A stretch of DNA of 64,000 nucleotides from a virus (Duplodnaviria; Caudoviricetes). The translations under genes were made by a program, and so were the position numbers. Each line of letters begins with the position of its first letter. Position 1 is the first letter of the stretch. The stretch lies in the IMG/VR virus record IMGVR_UViG_3300028048_002144; one strand, 5' to 3'. Shown piece after piece: positions 54,309 to 64,000 of the stretch. Under the pieces are notes generated by a model. That model did no database searches. It had not been told where the DNA came from and was given only the letters and a program-made list of their open reading frames with translations.

Positions 54309-54460
54309 AACAATATCCTTTCTACTCTAAATAAGTATTATATTATATTCTATTCTATATATATAATATGACACTATCAAACTATTTTTTAGCATTTTTT
54401 CTTTCATATTTTTATTGAAGAGTATTAACGGTGTTTATAGAAAGAGTAAGAGGTACAGAT

Positions 54461-54682
54461 ATGGTTTACCCATCTAATGATCTGGTAGATACACTTTCCT
54501 CTAATACCCCTATGAAATCACCTATAGAGATTAATTTATTACGAGAGAAAAAGCGAAAACTTGAACGTGAACAGCATGAGTTGAATAAGGATAATGTCCA
54601 AAAATCAGCTTCTTATCGTAATAAACAGAAGGTTAAAGAAAAGGGTATTAAAGCTGCTCTTCTACCGGATTTTTACCGGTGA
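54461..54682 (+). CDS. Small basic protein on the minority strand
   Basis: TTTCATATT in + orientation at 54402, GAGGT RBS. Confidence 0.5.
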   Translation: MVYPSNDLVDTLSSNTPMKSPIEINLLREKKRKLEREQHELNKDNVQKSASYRNKQKVKEKGIKAALLPDFYR

Positions 54683-56032
54683 ATTGCTCCGACTTTTATA
54701 AGTCGGAGCTTCTTGCTTCAACCATTACTGCATTCCTAACAAGTTACCTTGTCGGCTCGTCTTACACAATGTCCACAAGCGTATAAGTTCGGGCTATTCC
54801 ATCCCTACTATAATATTTAGTTCTAATCTACTTCAGCCAGTAGTCGTAATCCTTCGTTTAGGATATTGATAGCTGCGTTTTGATCACGATCCATCGTAAG
54901 ACCACAATCGCATACCATTTTACGGATGGTTAAGTCTCTCATTTCTGGATGTTTTGTTCCACAACAATGACAAATTTGTGATGACGGGAACCACTTATCT
55001 ACTTTTACAAGATATTTGTTTCTTTCTGATAACTTATATTCAAGCATCGACAGAAACATACCATAACCGTTATCCAGAGTAGCTTTACCGTTCCCAAATC
55101 CTTTATTAGACATAGCTTGCATGTTTAAGGATTCCACACATACAACATCATACCGATTGGCTATCTCAGTAGATATCTTATGCAGATTATCCAGACGCTG
55201 ATTAGCAATATGTCTATGGATTTTGTTTACTTTACGGAGTTGTTTTATATAATTTTTGGACTTTACCTCGTGTTTTTTAGATCCTTGCATGCGGGATAGC
55301 CTACGCTGTGCTTTGGCAAGTTTATCATGACTCTCACGATAATATTTGTGATTAGTTCCTACGTTACCGTTGCTATCCACATATAAGCCATTAGAAGCGT
55401 AGTCTAATCCGATAGCATTGGTCTTATCTGCTACATAAAGATTTGTTATATTCGCAAACTCAAAAAGAATAGAAATATAATATTTGCCATCTGATTCTTG
55501 TGATACGGTAGCGGATTTAATAATCCAATCGCTATCAGGAATACGATGGATAACTGCTTTTACCTTACCAATCTTAGGAAGCTTGATATATTTATTCTCT
55601 ATGATAGCAACAGTGCCTTTTTGATTATTAGTAGTATAGGACTTTCGGCTATGTTTTGCAGACTTGAATTTAGGGAATCCGTTTTTCTTTTTGCGGGATT
55701 TACTAAATGCATTGCGAAATGCTTCCTGTAAATCCATTTGCTTATTAGCAAGAGCTAGACTATCCACTTCTTTGAGATAAGGATAATCTTTTTTGTATTT
55801 AGCAGGTGTAACAGTAGGGAACTTGCCAGTAGCCTTGTAACCTTCAATTTTATCGGAAAGCATAAGATTCCAGACCTTACGACAACAGCCAAAGGTTTTA
55901 GCAAACATAACAGATTGTTCAGTTGTCGGATATATTCTGTACTTAATTGCTCTATTCATTAACTACCTCATGCGATTCATTTTATCGCCTATACTGTGCT
56001 TATTGGTGAGGAAATCTCGTCCACGGTGACTC
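54679..56032 (-). mobile_element. IS200/IS605-family TnpB-only element inserted 3' of TTAT at the end of clpX
   Basis: Right end GCTCCGACT-TATAAA-AGTCGGAGC then TTCAC; TTAT at 56036-56033; removal leaves sensible ends for both flanking ORFs. Confidence 0.8.
54823..55959 (-). CDS. tnpB: RNA-guided endonuclease TnpB
   Basis: YRIYPT, FGCCR, GLDY, VESL, DRDQNAA. Confidence 0.95.
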   Translation of the reverse strand: MNRAIKYRIYPTTEQSVMFAKTFGCCRKVWNLMLSDKIEGYKATGKFPTVTPAKYKKDYPYLKEVDSLALANKQMDLQEAFRNAFSKSRKKKNGFPKFKSAKHSRKSYTTNNQKGTVAIIENKYIKLPKIGKVKAVIHRIPDSDWIIKSATVSQESDGKYYISILFEFANITNLYVADKTNAIGLDYASNGLYVDSNGNVGTNHKYYRESHDKLAKAQRRLSRMQGSKKHEVKSKNYIKQLRKVNKIHRHIANQRLDNLHKISTEIANRYDVVCVESLNMQAMSNKGFGNGKATLDNGYGMFLSMLEYKLSERNKYLVKVDKWFPSSQICHCCGTKHPEMRDLTIRKMVCDCGLTMDRDQNAAINILNEGLRLLAEVD

Positions 56033-57482
56033 ATAATTCTAATTTGATTTCTTTTGCTTCAGCATTCTTTTCATAGATTTGTTTATTAACTAATGTCTGT
56101 GTTTGAGACAATAAAAATCTTACACCTAACTTATTTTTGAATGCCTTTTTAGCAATTTCTTTCTTTAAATCATCAGACATATATATTGATATATTATATT
56201 TGTCTGACATCTTTTTCTCTGGAGAGATTCGTTTATCACATAAAATCTTATAAAAATCCTCTTCTTTTAGTTCGTTTAATTCTGTAATAGATGTAATTCG
56301 TCCTGCTATTTCTGGGATAATCCCAAACTTGATAATATCGTCAATGCTTATCTCTTTATGTTCTGATGCATTGTTTTCTGAGCCAAATCCAATTGTATGT
56401 GGTTTATCTGTTTTTGCTTTATATAACATCTCAAAAGCACCTAAAAATACAAAAGAGATATTACTTGTATTAATAATTACCTTGCTATATTTATCAAAAT
56501 TAACAGTAACGTTAGTGCCTTCTATCATAGATAAGAATTCACCTTGTAATGTTCTATGTAACTGTTCTCCACCAGATGTTATTTTAGGCGAACACATTTT
56601 ATCAAATTCATCAAATACGATAATACTATGTTCTACGTCCTCTACACTCATTCCAGAAGCTAACATTTCTTCTAAAACAGAATATGATTTCTTATTGCCG
56701 GTAAATCCATCCGCAGTAATAGATGATACGTCATATATATAAATATTATTATTAAGCTTCTGTAATGTTCTCCATATTTCGGTTTTGCCAGATCCAGATG
56801 GCCCGATAAAAAGTGCATTTTCTTTAATATCTCGATTTCTTTCCCATAGAATCATAGCAGCTTGTTTCTTTGCTTCTTCCTGGGAAAATACAAAGTTATC
56901 TAAAAACTGCTTAATATCTTGTGGTTGTAATTTATCTTTGATAACATCTTTTAGATCTAAGCATAGACTAGGATCTATTTCACTTTTAATTTTATCCCAT
57001 TTTTTAGGCAAATATGTACTTAATACATTTTCATAATCTATTTCTGGGAGTTCTGGGGCATCATCACCATATAGGTTATCTAAATCTTCTATAGATTCCA
57101 TACTCCTAAAATCAGCTAAAGATAGATTATCAATGTCTACACCAGAGAATGTTTTAGATACTCCAAAAATATCTTCTTCTGTAACAATATTTGCGCCTTT
57201 TATAGTCAAAGCAACATCTATATTCCCCTCTATTTCTTTTTCACATAAGAATCCTTTATCTACAAGAGAATCAATAATCTCTTTAGAATAATCTTTTTCA
57301 TAATCATATGTTTGCTCTAACATATTTAACATATCATCCAAATTGATAAATAATACTGGAACATAATTAGGATCCATTTCTGCGTTAATTGTGATTTCTG
57401 CCCAGTATCGAGAAAGCATGATACAATATAGGCGCAGCATTCTTTTTTCGTTGTCTGTTAGTTTCTCTTTTATATTATCCAT
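56031..57482 (-). CDS. clpX: ClpX-like AAA+ ATPase with atypical N-terminal domain
   Basis: QEEAKK, GPSGSGKT, FDEFDK, IGF loop, PEIAGR, GVR; no C4 zinc finger. Confidence 0.8.
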   Translation of the reverse strand: MDNIKEKLTDNEKRMLRLYCIMLSRYWAEITINAEMDPNYVPVLFINLDDMLNMLEQTYDYEKDYSKEIIDSLVDKGFLCEKEIEGNIDVALTIKGANIVTEEDIFGVSKTFSGVDIDNLSLADFRSMESIEDLDNLYGDDAPELPEIDYENVLSTYLPKKWDKIKSEIDPSLCLDLKDVIKDKLQPQDIKQFLDNFVFSQEEAKKQAAMILWERNRDIKENALFIGPSGSGKTEIWRTLQKLNNNIYIYDVSSITADGFTGNKKSYSVLEEMLASGMSVEDVEHSIIVFDEFDKMCSPKITSGGEQLHRTLQGEFLSMIEGTNVTVNFDKYSKVIINTSNISFVFLGAFEMLYKAKTDKPHTIGFGSENNASEHKEISIDDIIKFGIIPEIAGRITSITELNELKEEDFYKILCDKRISPEKKMSDKYNISIYMSDDLKKEIAKKAFKNKLGVRFLLSQTQTLVNKQIYEKNAEAKEIKLEL

Positions 57483-57584
57483 AAAAACCTCTTTTTATTT
57501 TTAATATGACTTGATATCCTAGGTTTTCTCTGTTTTTAGCGCAAAAATAAAACCAGAGATTTCTCTCTGGTTTTATAATTAACA

Positions 57585-59321
57585 TTAATCCCTTGAATAC
57601 TTGTCTACAGCTCCTATTGTTTTAGCTTCTGCTGATACTTTTATATCCAATAGATATGCTTTGTTCGTCTTATCATCTATTACATGTACTTCATAGCCAT
57701 TTTCATCTTCGAATTCCTTTAATTTTGCATATGTTTCTGGCCACTCTTTAGAGTATAAAGAGTCAACATGGAATAGCAAATGAGATGACTTCTTTTTTAA
57801 CGGTTCAGCATTTTGAGCAAAAGCTACATATGTTGTAGTTGCAACTTCATCACTATTATCATTATCATTCTGATCTTCTTTAATCAGAACGTTTAATCGA
57901 ATAGCATTGTTTTTCTTTAGCAAGATCTCATTTTTATTAATGAATTTCTCAAAACATAATACTCTTATAGAATCTGTTTTATCTTCCAAATCAAACATAA
58001 CCATTGATTTTCCGGTTTTAGTCTTTTTATACTCTAAATTTGTGATAATACCAGATATATATTCAGTATTTAGTTCTACATTCTCAATAGGCTTATCAAC
58101 TACGTTATAGTATTCAATCGGATGATTAGTAATAAAAGCACCAATAAGTTCCTTTTCCTTCATCAATGCTTCGTAATCATCTTCTTTTGAACTCTCTAAA
58201 TGATATATTTCTACATCATTCATTTCTGCTAATAATGCGTTAACACTATTTTCAGCATTCTGGATTTTTTTCTGAATAGAGTCTACTGTAGGAATTTTAT
58301 TGTTTGTAATAATATTACTAATAGCGATATTATTTTCGGTTAATATCTCTTTAAATTCATTTATATTATTACCTTTATATGATTCCACTAAAGGTTTTGT
58401 ATTTTTTAGCGCTACCAATTTTTTCTTTTTATCTTTCATAGTTTTTCGTAGTGCTAATAACTCTTTAACTGGAGTAAACTCCTCTTCACTAGCATCATAA
58501 TCCAGATCTATGTTCGAATATCCCAGACTTCTAAAAGCCCCAATATCTATTAAGTTTTTAATAGTTGCATCTTCAATAGAAGTACATCTATTAATAAAAT
58601 CCTTAAAGCTTCTAAATGGACCGTCTTTTTTTCTGGTTAATAGAATATGTTTAACATCATCAGTTTTTAGTCCCTTAATCATATTAAAACCTAGAATTAT
58701 AGTAGGCGTTTCTCTTTCTCCTACTACAATACATTTAGCATTAGATTTATTGATATCTGGTGTAGAAACTGACACTTTAAAGTCTTTTGCATCTTCTATG
58801 ATACCGTTTATTTTTTCTAGCTTATCAGTATGATCAAGAATTGATGCAAAATATTCTCCTGGATAATAATATTTGAGTGCTGCTGTTTTGAATGAAGTTA
58901 GTGCATAACAAGCCGCATGAGATTTATTAAAGGCATATTTTGCGAATTTGAGCATTTTTTCGAATAGATCTTCTGCTACTCTTTTGCTTTCCTCTGGAGT
59001 ATCACAGATTTTTCTATCTATGCAGCCTTTAATAAAAATTTCTCTTTCAGCTAAAATCTCATCTTCATGCTTTTTAGACATGGCTCGTCTAACTATATCA
59101 GCTTTGCCAAGTGTATAATTCGCAAGTTCACAGAAAATCTGCATTACCTGTTCCTGGTATACAATTACAGAATATGTTTCGCCCAAAATAGGCTTTAATA
59201 ATTCTGTATCATACTTAACATTAGCATTTTTCTTATTCTTAATATAGTTAGGGATTTCGTCTATAGGCCCTGGTCTATACAAAGCATTCATAGCTATCAA
59301 GTCTTCAAATTTTAGACTCAT
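57585..59321 (-). CDS. dnaE: DNA polymerase III alpha, C-terminal subunit (fingers, HhH, OB)
   Basis: ALYRPGP, VYQEQVM, RRAMSKK, YAFNKSHA, PDINKS; own promoter motif and AGGAGG RBS. Confidence 0.93.
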   Translation of the reverse strand: MSLKFEDLIAMNALYRPGPIDEIPNYIKNKKNANVKYDTELLKPILGETYSVIVYQEQVMQIFCELANYTLGKADIVRRAMSKKHEDEILAEREIFIKGCIDRKICDTPEESKRVAEDLFEKMLKFAKYAFNKSHAACYALTSFKTAALKYYYPGEYFASILDHTDKLEKINGIIEDAKDFKVSVSTPDINKSNAKCIVVGERETPTIILGFNMIKGLKTDDVKHILLTRKKDGPFRSFKDFINRCTSIEDATIKNLIDIGAFRSLGYSNIDLDYDASEEEFTPVKELLALRKTMKDKKKKLVALKNTKPLVESYKGNNINEFKEILTENNIAISNIITNNKIPTVDSIQKKIQNAENSVNALLAEMNDVEIYHLESSKEDDYEALMKEKELIGAFITNHPIEYYNVVDKPIENVELNTEYISGIITNLEYKKTKTGKSMVMFDLEDKTDSIRVLCFEKFINKNEILLKKNNAIRLNVLIKEDQNDNDNSDEVATTTYVAFAQNAEPLKKKSSHLLFHVDSLYSKEWPETYAKLKEFEDENGYEVHVIDDKTNKAYLLDIKVSAEAKTIGAVDKYSRD

Positions 59322-59424
59322 TTTTTAATTCCTCCTTTTTATCATTAAAAATCTACTTATAATATGAAAGATTAATAAGTCAATTTATCAAAAAAGCCCT
59401 GGGAATAATCCCAAGGCTTTTACA

Positions 59425-61512
59425 TTACTTGCTGTTTAAATAGAATGCTTTGAAGATATCAATCAATTTATCAGCTAGTTTGTTTGGTTCACATGCAATA
59501 AATTGCTTTCCATACATTTTACTATATGTATCCAAAATCTCTTTATTATAACTGTCATTCATATCCAAATACTCTGAGATATAAATAGGTACAACTATAA
59601 TACCATTTTCCCTAGCAATTCTAACAGCTTCCTGTACATCATATGCTGGATTAATTTCGGTAGAATTATAATCCGTAGGAAGACCATCTGAAATAATTAC
59701 AAATATCTTCTTTTCTTCTGGACGATTAAGGAGTTCTTTTGTGGCAATTCTGATTGAATATCCATCTTTATTTCCACATTCAGCATCTAATGCCTTTAAG
59801 AAATTGAATGAATTAGAATTACTCTGTACTTCATCAAACTCTTTTACACATCTATGAATAACGTTATTATCACTGCATGTAAATGATGTGATTTTAAGAG
59901 GCATTAATTCTTTAAATGCTTCTTCAATTAAAGTCGATGCTCTACATGCTAACTCTCTTTTACTTCCATACATAGAACCTGAATTATCCTGCAAGATATA
60001 TGCGACTCCGTCAAATTCTTTTTCGTCAATTTCACGTTCAAAGAATTCTGTTTCACCTAGAATCATCTTGTACAGATCATCTTCACAAACGTCTCCTCGT
60101 GTTAAATCTGTTTCGATTGACTTCTGGTTACGAAGAATCTGCATTAATTCCTGTTTAACTTTCTGAGCATTTGCCTGGATATCTGTAGGCGTTGGATAAT
60201 TCAACTTATATTCTCTAGGCAATTCTTTAAAAGTAACATCTGGATCATACAGTTTTCCTTCTGATTTTTCTAATGATGGTGGAGTTGGATTCATTTTAAC
60301 AGGCTTTTCCATAACGCTTTTTTGAGAATCAATTTTACTCTTTTCCTTTTCAGAAACTGCATCTAAGCTTTCCTGGGCTTCTTTTACATCCTCTTCTGAT
60401 GGTGTACTTTTAGCTGAATCTTTAAGCTTTTCTTTAACATCTTTGCCTTTAGCTTCATCTCCCTTATCTTTTTCTTCTTTTTTATCGCTTGATGAATCAA
60501 AGATATTAAATCCATTCATAGATATATCTTCGCCAGTTTCATCATCGCTCTCTTCATTCGGAGAAAAGTTTTTAGGAAGATTATCGTATCCTTTTGCATC
60601 TGTTGAAAACATTTTAGCAATAGCACCAAGCATATTTTCAACTTCTTCAGCATCTAGTTTTACAGCTTCTAAGAATAGATCGTAGAGCTTGTTTTCGATT
60701 TCTAAAGATTTCTTCATTACTGTCATTGTTGTTTTGGCAGTAACTGATGTACCGATATCCATAAGCATTGAATCTAAAAGAGTATTAACTTCACCATCTT
60801 CTTTTACTGTATCTGCATAGTTTTTCATATACAGGCCCGATGTTGATAATGAAAGAATCTGATTTAGAATAATCTGGAGTTTTTCAATAGCGGTTAAGTC
60901 TTCCTCTTTATGTGGAAGCTTAAATTCTGCGCTATTGTAACTCTTGTTTCGGCTTACTAACAACTGGTTTTTAAAGTTATTAGATATCTCCATCTGTTTT
61001 CTTTCAATACGTCCATCTTCCATAGCATTACAGATAAAATGGTTAAATTCTTTGATTAAAGGAAGATTGATATAAATCTTTTCCTTTTCTCGCAAATACT
61101 TCAAGAATTTATCGTAATCTTCGTCTTTCTTAAAGCATCTAGTTTTACCTTCATACTTCGTTGACATATAGACAAAAAACGATTTTAAACCGGTTTTAAG
61201 TCCCCACATCCATGATCTAGCTGATGTATGTAAGATATGCCCAATCTCATGTCCAATAAGATACTTAATAACCAATACAAATTCTTTTTCATCTTTGCAT
61301 TCAACTATTAGTGGATTGCTTAATCCAATGTTAATGCACGGTGTGTTTTCATCATTATCAGTATAAACATCCTCAGAAAAATCCATTGTTAAACAAATTT
61401 CTTTGTCGATGTTATTAAGTATCCCCCATACTTTGACTTCACTATCAAATATGTTGTAATACTTATACCATTGCTTCTCAATAGCTTCAATATCTACAAT
61501 TTTAACGTTCAT
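59425..61512 (-). CDS. vWA-domain protein with N-terminal HEXXH (CobT/NorD-like)
   Basis: HEIGH, NAMEDGRIE, DNSGSM MIDAS, SDGLP. Confidence 0.85.
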   Translation of the reverse strand: MNVKIVDIEAIEKQWYKYYNIFDSEVKVWGILNNIDKEICLTMDFSEDVYTDNDENTPCINIGLSNPLIVECKDEKEFVLVIKYLIGHEIGHILHTSARSWMWGLKTGLKSFFVYMSTKYEGKTRCFKKDEDYDKFLKYLREKEKIYINLPLIKEFNHFICNAMEDGRIERKQMEISNNFKNQLLVSRNKSYNSAEFKLPHKEEDLTAIEKLQIILNQILSLSTSGLYMKNYADTVKEDGEVNTLLDSMLMDIGTSVTAKTTMTVMKKSLEIENKLYDLFLEAVKLDAEEVENMLGAIAKMFSTDAKGYDNLPKNFSPNEESDDETGEDISMNGFNIFDSSSDKKEEKDKGDEAKGKDVKEKLKDSAKSTPSEEDVKEAQESLDAVSEKEKSKIDSQKSVMEKPVKMNPTPPSLEKSEGKLYDPDVTFKELPREYKLNYPTPTDIQANAQKVKQELMQILRNQKSIETDLTRGDVCEDDLYKMILGETEFFEREIDEKEFDGVAYILQDNSGSMYGSKRELACRASTLIEEAFKELMPLKITSFTCSDNNVIHRCVKEFDEVQSNSNSFNFLKALDAECGNKDGYSIRIATKELLNRPEEKKIFVIISDGLPTDYNSTEINPAYDVQEAVRIARENGIIVVPIYISEYLDMNDSYNKEILDTYSKMYGKQFIACEPNKLADKLIDIFKAFYLNSK

Positions 61513-61614
61513 ATTTTCTCCTTTCTTATCTTAAAATTTCATCTTAAATATGAATGATTTTTTGTATAAAAAAAGATAGATATAGCATAAACTATATCTA
61601 TCTTTCTGTTTCAA

Positions 61615-63156
61615 TTACATATCACCGATGATATTGTTAATCAAATTGAGAATAACATCATTTCCAGCATCTGATGTTGCATTAACTACACATGTAGTAA
61701 TAGCCTTTGATAGCTTTGTCATAGGCATTTCCAGACCTTTTGTATTTACCATTACAGCAGCTGTTTCATTAAGTGCTCTTACGAAACCTCGAATATTAAG
61801 AGTATCATCTGAAATATTTCCCTTCTGGTTTGCGTCCTGGAACTTAATGTACAATTCATTACACTTCTCAAAATACTTGCGTGGCAGTCTAGTTTTAGTG
61901 TATTCCTCACATGATTCCATTAAGATATTTAAAATATCCTTATGATATGGGAATTTTACAACATCAAATCTTGACATTGTAGCTGCATCAAGTCTATTTG
62001 TAGATGTGTAATTGCTACCTACATTCTGTGTTCCGATAATAAAGAAATCCTTATTAATTTCTACTGTTCCAGACTTTGCATAGAAAGTTTTACTACCATC
62101 TGCAAAAGGATGCAGGGCTGCTACAGTATTGCTATTACCGTGGTTGATCTCATCTGCGAAATATGGGATTCCTACAGGAGCAGCCTGGAGAAGATTTCCT
62201 CTTTCTGTTCCTAATCTAGGAGCCATTGAACAGTCTTTAGCGTAATTATATGCAATTAGCAGTTCTTTTTCCTCTGGAGTAAGATCTGACATTTTTTTCT
62301 CATTAAGCTTTAAGCTCAATTCGATTTCAATAGCCTTATTTGCTTTTTCAGAGTCAAATGCATCAAGTGCTGATGGTACAGTAGTCTTTGTTTCAAACAA
62401 GTCATTAGCAGTCATTTTGTTATTCAGGATATCTTTTCTATATGGAAGATTTAATATCCAACAAATAGTCTCTGCCATTACACCTTTTCCTGTAGACTTA
62501 TCACCTTCAAAGATAAATGAAGATCCAGCTAATGCTTTACCGAGAACCATAGTGACAATACTCTCTTCTTTATAGAAGTTGATATTATCGTATGTATCTA
62601 CGAACTTAGCCTTTGGCTTAGAACCCTTTTCTTCTCTATTATGAGAAATCCAGTATTCAATTACTGACATAATGAGTTCCTTTGGAGCTGGGATTCTTAG
62701 ATACTTCTTTGATTCCAGATATTCTACAATCTCCATAGCATTGTCTTCATCAATGCAACCCTGGGCTACAGCTTCTTTTACTTTAGATACAATATCACTA
62801 GAAGACTCTACTTTAGTAGTAGTTGTCTTTCCTTTAGAAGCAACCTTTTTATCCTTCACCTTTACAGTAAAAGATACCAGCTGACCACCGTTTTCTTCAT
62901 ATGTATCTTTTGTAATTGAAAAATCAAATGTTAAAGCCATTTTGAGTGTATTCAGATCAACTGTTTCACCAGAATCATTATCAACTACACTCTCTACAAA
63001 TCCAACAGTAGTATCCTTATAATCCATAAGAATTCTAGGCTCTACAAGCTTGAATTCAAAAGCTGCATTCTTTACGCTATTAGCTGTAAAGTCTTTTAAA
63101 AGAACATCTCTCTGTGGATACATAAATGGTGTTTTAATTGTAATGTTATAATTCAT
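61615..63156 (-). CDS. MoxR/CbbQ/CobS-like AAA+ ATPase
   Basis: GDKSTGK, ADEIN, GTQN, LDAATMSRF, IRG. Confidence 0.85.
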   Translation of the reverse strand: MNYNITIKTPFMYPQRDVLLKDFTANSVKNAAFEFKLVEPRILMDYKDTTVGFVESVVDNDSGETVDLNTLKMALTFDFSITKDTYEENGGQLVSFTVKVKDKKVASKGKTTTTKVESSSDIVSKVKEAVAQGCIDEDNAMEIVEYLESKKYLRIPAPKELIMSVIEYWISHNREEKGSKPKAKFVDTYDNINFYKEESIVTMVLGKALAGSSFIFEGDKSTGKGVMAETICWILNLPYRKDILNNKMTANDLFETKTTVPSALDAFDSEKANKAIEIELSLKLNEKKMSDLTPEEKELLIAYNYAKDCSMAPRLGTERGNLLQAAPVGIPYFADEINHGNSNTVAALHPFADGSKTFYAKSGTVEINKDFFIIGTQNVGSNYTSTNRLDAATMSRFDVVKFPYHKDILNILMESCEEYTKTRLPRKYFEKCNELYIKFQDANQKGNISDDTLNIRGFVRALNETAAVMVNTKGLEMPMTKLSKAITTCVVNATSDAGNDVILNLINNIIGDM

Positions 63157-63212
63157 TATAATCTCCTTTCAAACTTAAAAATTCTAATACTAATATGAAT
63201 GATTTTTATAAT

Positions 63213-63247
63213 AAAAAAATAAGAGTAGGAAATCCTACTCTTATTTT
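63213..63247 (-). terminator. Intrinsic terminator directly after the dnaE N-terminal gene
   Basis: AATAAGAGTAGGA-TT-TCCTACTCTTATT plus T tract. Confidence 0.8.
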
Positions 63248-63248
63248 C

Positions 63249-64000
63249 TTAACTAAGTTCTTTTAAGTATTTTCTCATTCCAGCAGACTCAAACTGAAAT
63301 ACGTTCTTTGTTCTTCCTTTAGCATAGATATTTTCGTATACCTCTTCAGCGGAATGGCCAAATCTATCCGTGCCTTCAACTGGGAAATCTTTCTCAATAT
63401 CAATATCTTCACCATAACGTTCGCTAATCATTCTGATAGCATCCGTCATTATTGATAAGTTATTAAGTCCTAGAAAATCCATTTTTAAAAGGCCATTTTC
63501 TTCAGATTCAATCTTATCTGTTTCTACTACTCTTTTATTAGAAACTATTGTTGTAGACGTATAATTAGTAATATCGTTATCATCATAGATAATAATACCA
63601 GCTGCATGCTGTCCATACTGTCTTAGCATTCCCTCAATATTATATGCAATGTCCAGGATCTTTATTGCATTTTCGTTAGCAGAAAAATCAGATTTCAAAC
63701 TTTCAATCAAAGTAGTTTTATTATCATCAATCTCTGAATCAAAAGCCCAGAAATTATCGGTAATCTTTTTACAGATTTCATCAGCTAACGCATAATATGC
63801 ACCAGGAGATCCAACAAGTTCACCATAATATCGAGCAGCATCTTTTACGGAAGACTTTGGCTTTAAATATGATTTAGTGATAATTCCTGCTACTGCATCG
63901 TTTCCATATTTATTCTTAACATAAAGAATAACTTTGTTTCTTACATTTGGAGAAAAATCACAGTCCAAATCGGGCATAGATACTCTTTCTACGTTCAAAA
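63249..64000 (-). CDS. dnaE: DNA polymerase III alpha, N-terminal subunit (palm/thumb; begins beyond the right edge)
   Basis: ERVSMPDLDCDF, QHAAG, GLLKMDFLGL, VFQFESAGM then stop. Confidence 0.93.
   Translation of the reverse strand, partial: LNVERVSMPDLDCDFSPNVRNKVILYVKNKYGNDAVAGIITKSYLKPKSSVKDAARYYGELVGSPGAYYALADEICKKITDNFWAFDSEIDDNKTTLIESLKSDFSANENAIKILDIAYNIEGMLRQYGQHAAGIIIYDDNDITNYTSTTIVSNKRVVETDKIESEENGLLKMDFLGLNNLSIMTDAIRMISERYGEDIDIEKDFPVEGTDRFGHSAEEVYENIYAKGRTKNVFQFESAGMRKYLKELS

Larger units (their letters stand above)
85..63198 (-). promoter_or_regulatory. Dispersed promoter-like motif TCATATT (at least 33 intergenic copies), usually between an intrinsic terminator and a GAAAGGAG RBS
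   Basis: aatatga on + strand at 85, 7394, 8175, 8953, 12939, 13697, 15113, 17864, 18139, 20640, 21241, 22261, 25029, 25102, 29010, 29218, 31402, 33638, 35573, 36900, 38521, 39224, 41972, 44536, 47883, 50921, 51612, 52272, 54365, 57503, 59361, 61547, 63192; inverted copies at 15223 and 54404 precede the two + strand genes. Confidence 0.85.

Noticed and set aside
119-62884. Most + strand ORFs in the track
   Set aside because: They are antisense shadows of minus-strand genes, without RBS or promoter motif
85-63198. TCATATT as a SigE -35 element or integron attC-like site
   Set aside because: It lies only about 20-30 nt from the RBS with no downstream -10; no integrase or conserved attC-type boxes are seen
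59300-63270. Split intein, intron or precise excision element restoring dnaE
   Set aside because: No intein motifs, no group I/II core, no recombinase, only a 3-nt AGT microhomology; fusion there would lose the conserved Pro and one residue
1-64000. tRNA, rRNA, virion structural, tnpA or nrdG genes
   Set aside because: None recognised by eye, so phage versus plasmid identity remains open

Overview
AT-rich, almost entirely minus-strand window from a large mobile element (jumbo phage or megaplasmid; no virion or conjugation genes in view), probably of a Clostridia/Lachnospiraceae-like host. It carries replication and nucleotide genes: anaerobic ribonucleotide reductase nrdD broken by five group I introns (two with HNH homing endonucleases), ssb, NAD-dependent ligase, primase, and a dnaE split into two separately expressed genes around an AAA+/vWA pair. 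It also has host-like regulators (ECF sigma, SpoVG, cold-shock protein, ClpX-like ATPase, HD-GYP), two TnpB elements and many small hypothetical genes. The window is organised as short cassettes bounded by a recurrent terminator-TCATATT-RBS module (at least 33 copies). Main findings: (1) a TnpB whose guide matches the 5' end of the neighbouring phosphoesterase gene, whose resident copy lacks the inferred TAM and differs at third codon positions, consistent with an RNA-guided homing or gene-drive locus; (2) the intein-less split DnaE; (3) the cassette architecture; (4) two unannotated structured RNA candidates and a 66-67 bp periodic repeat array. All calls were made by eye; no searches were run.
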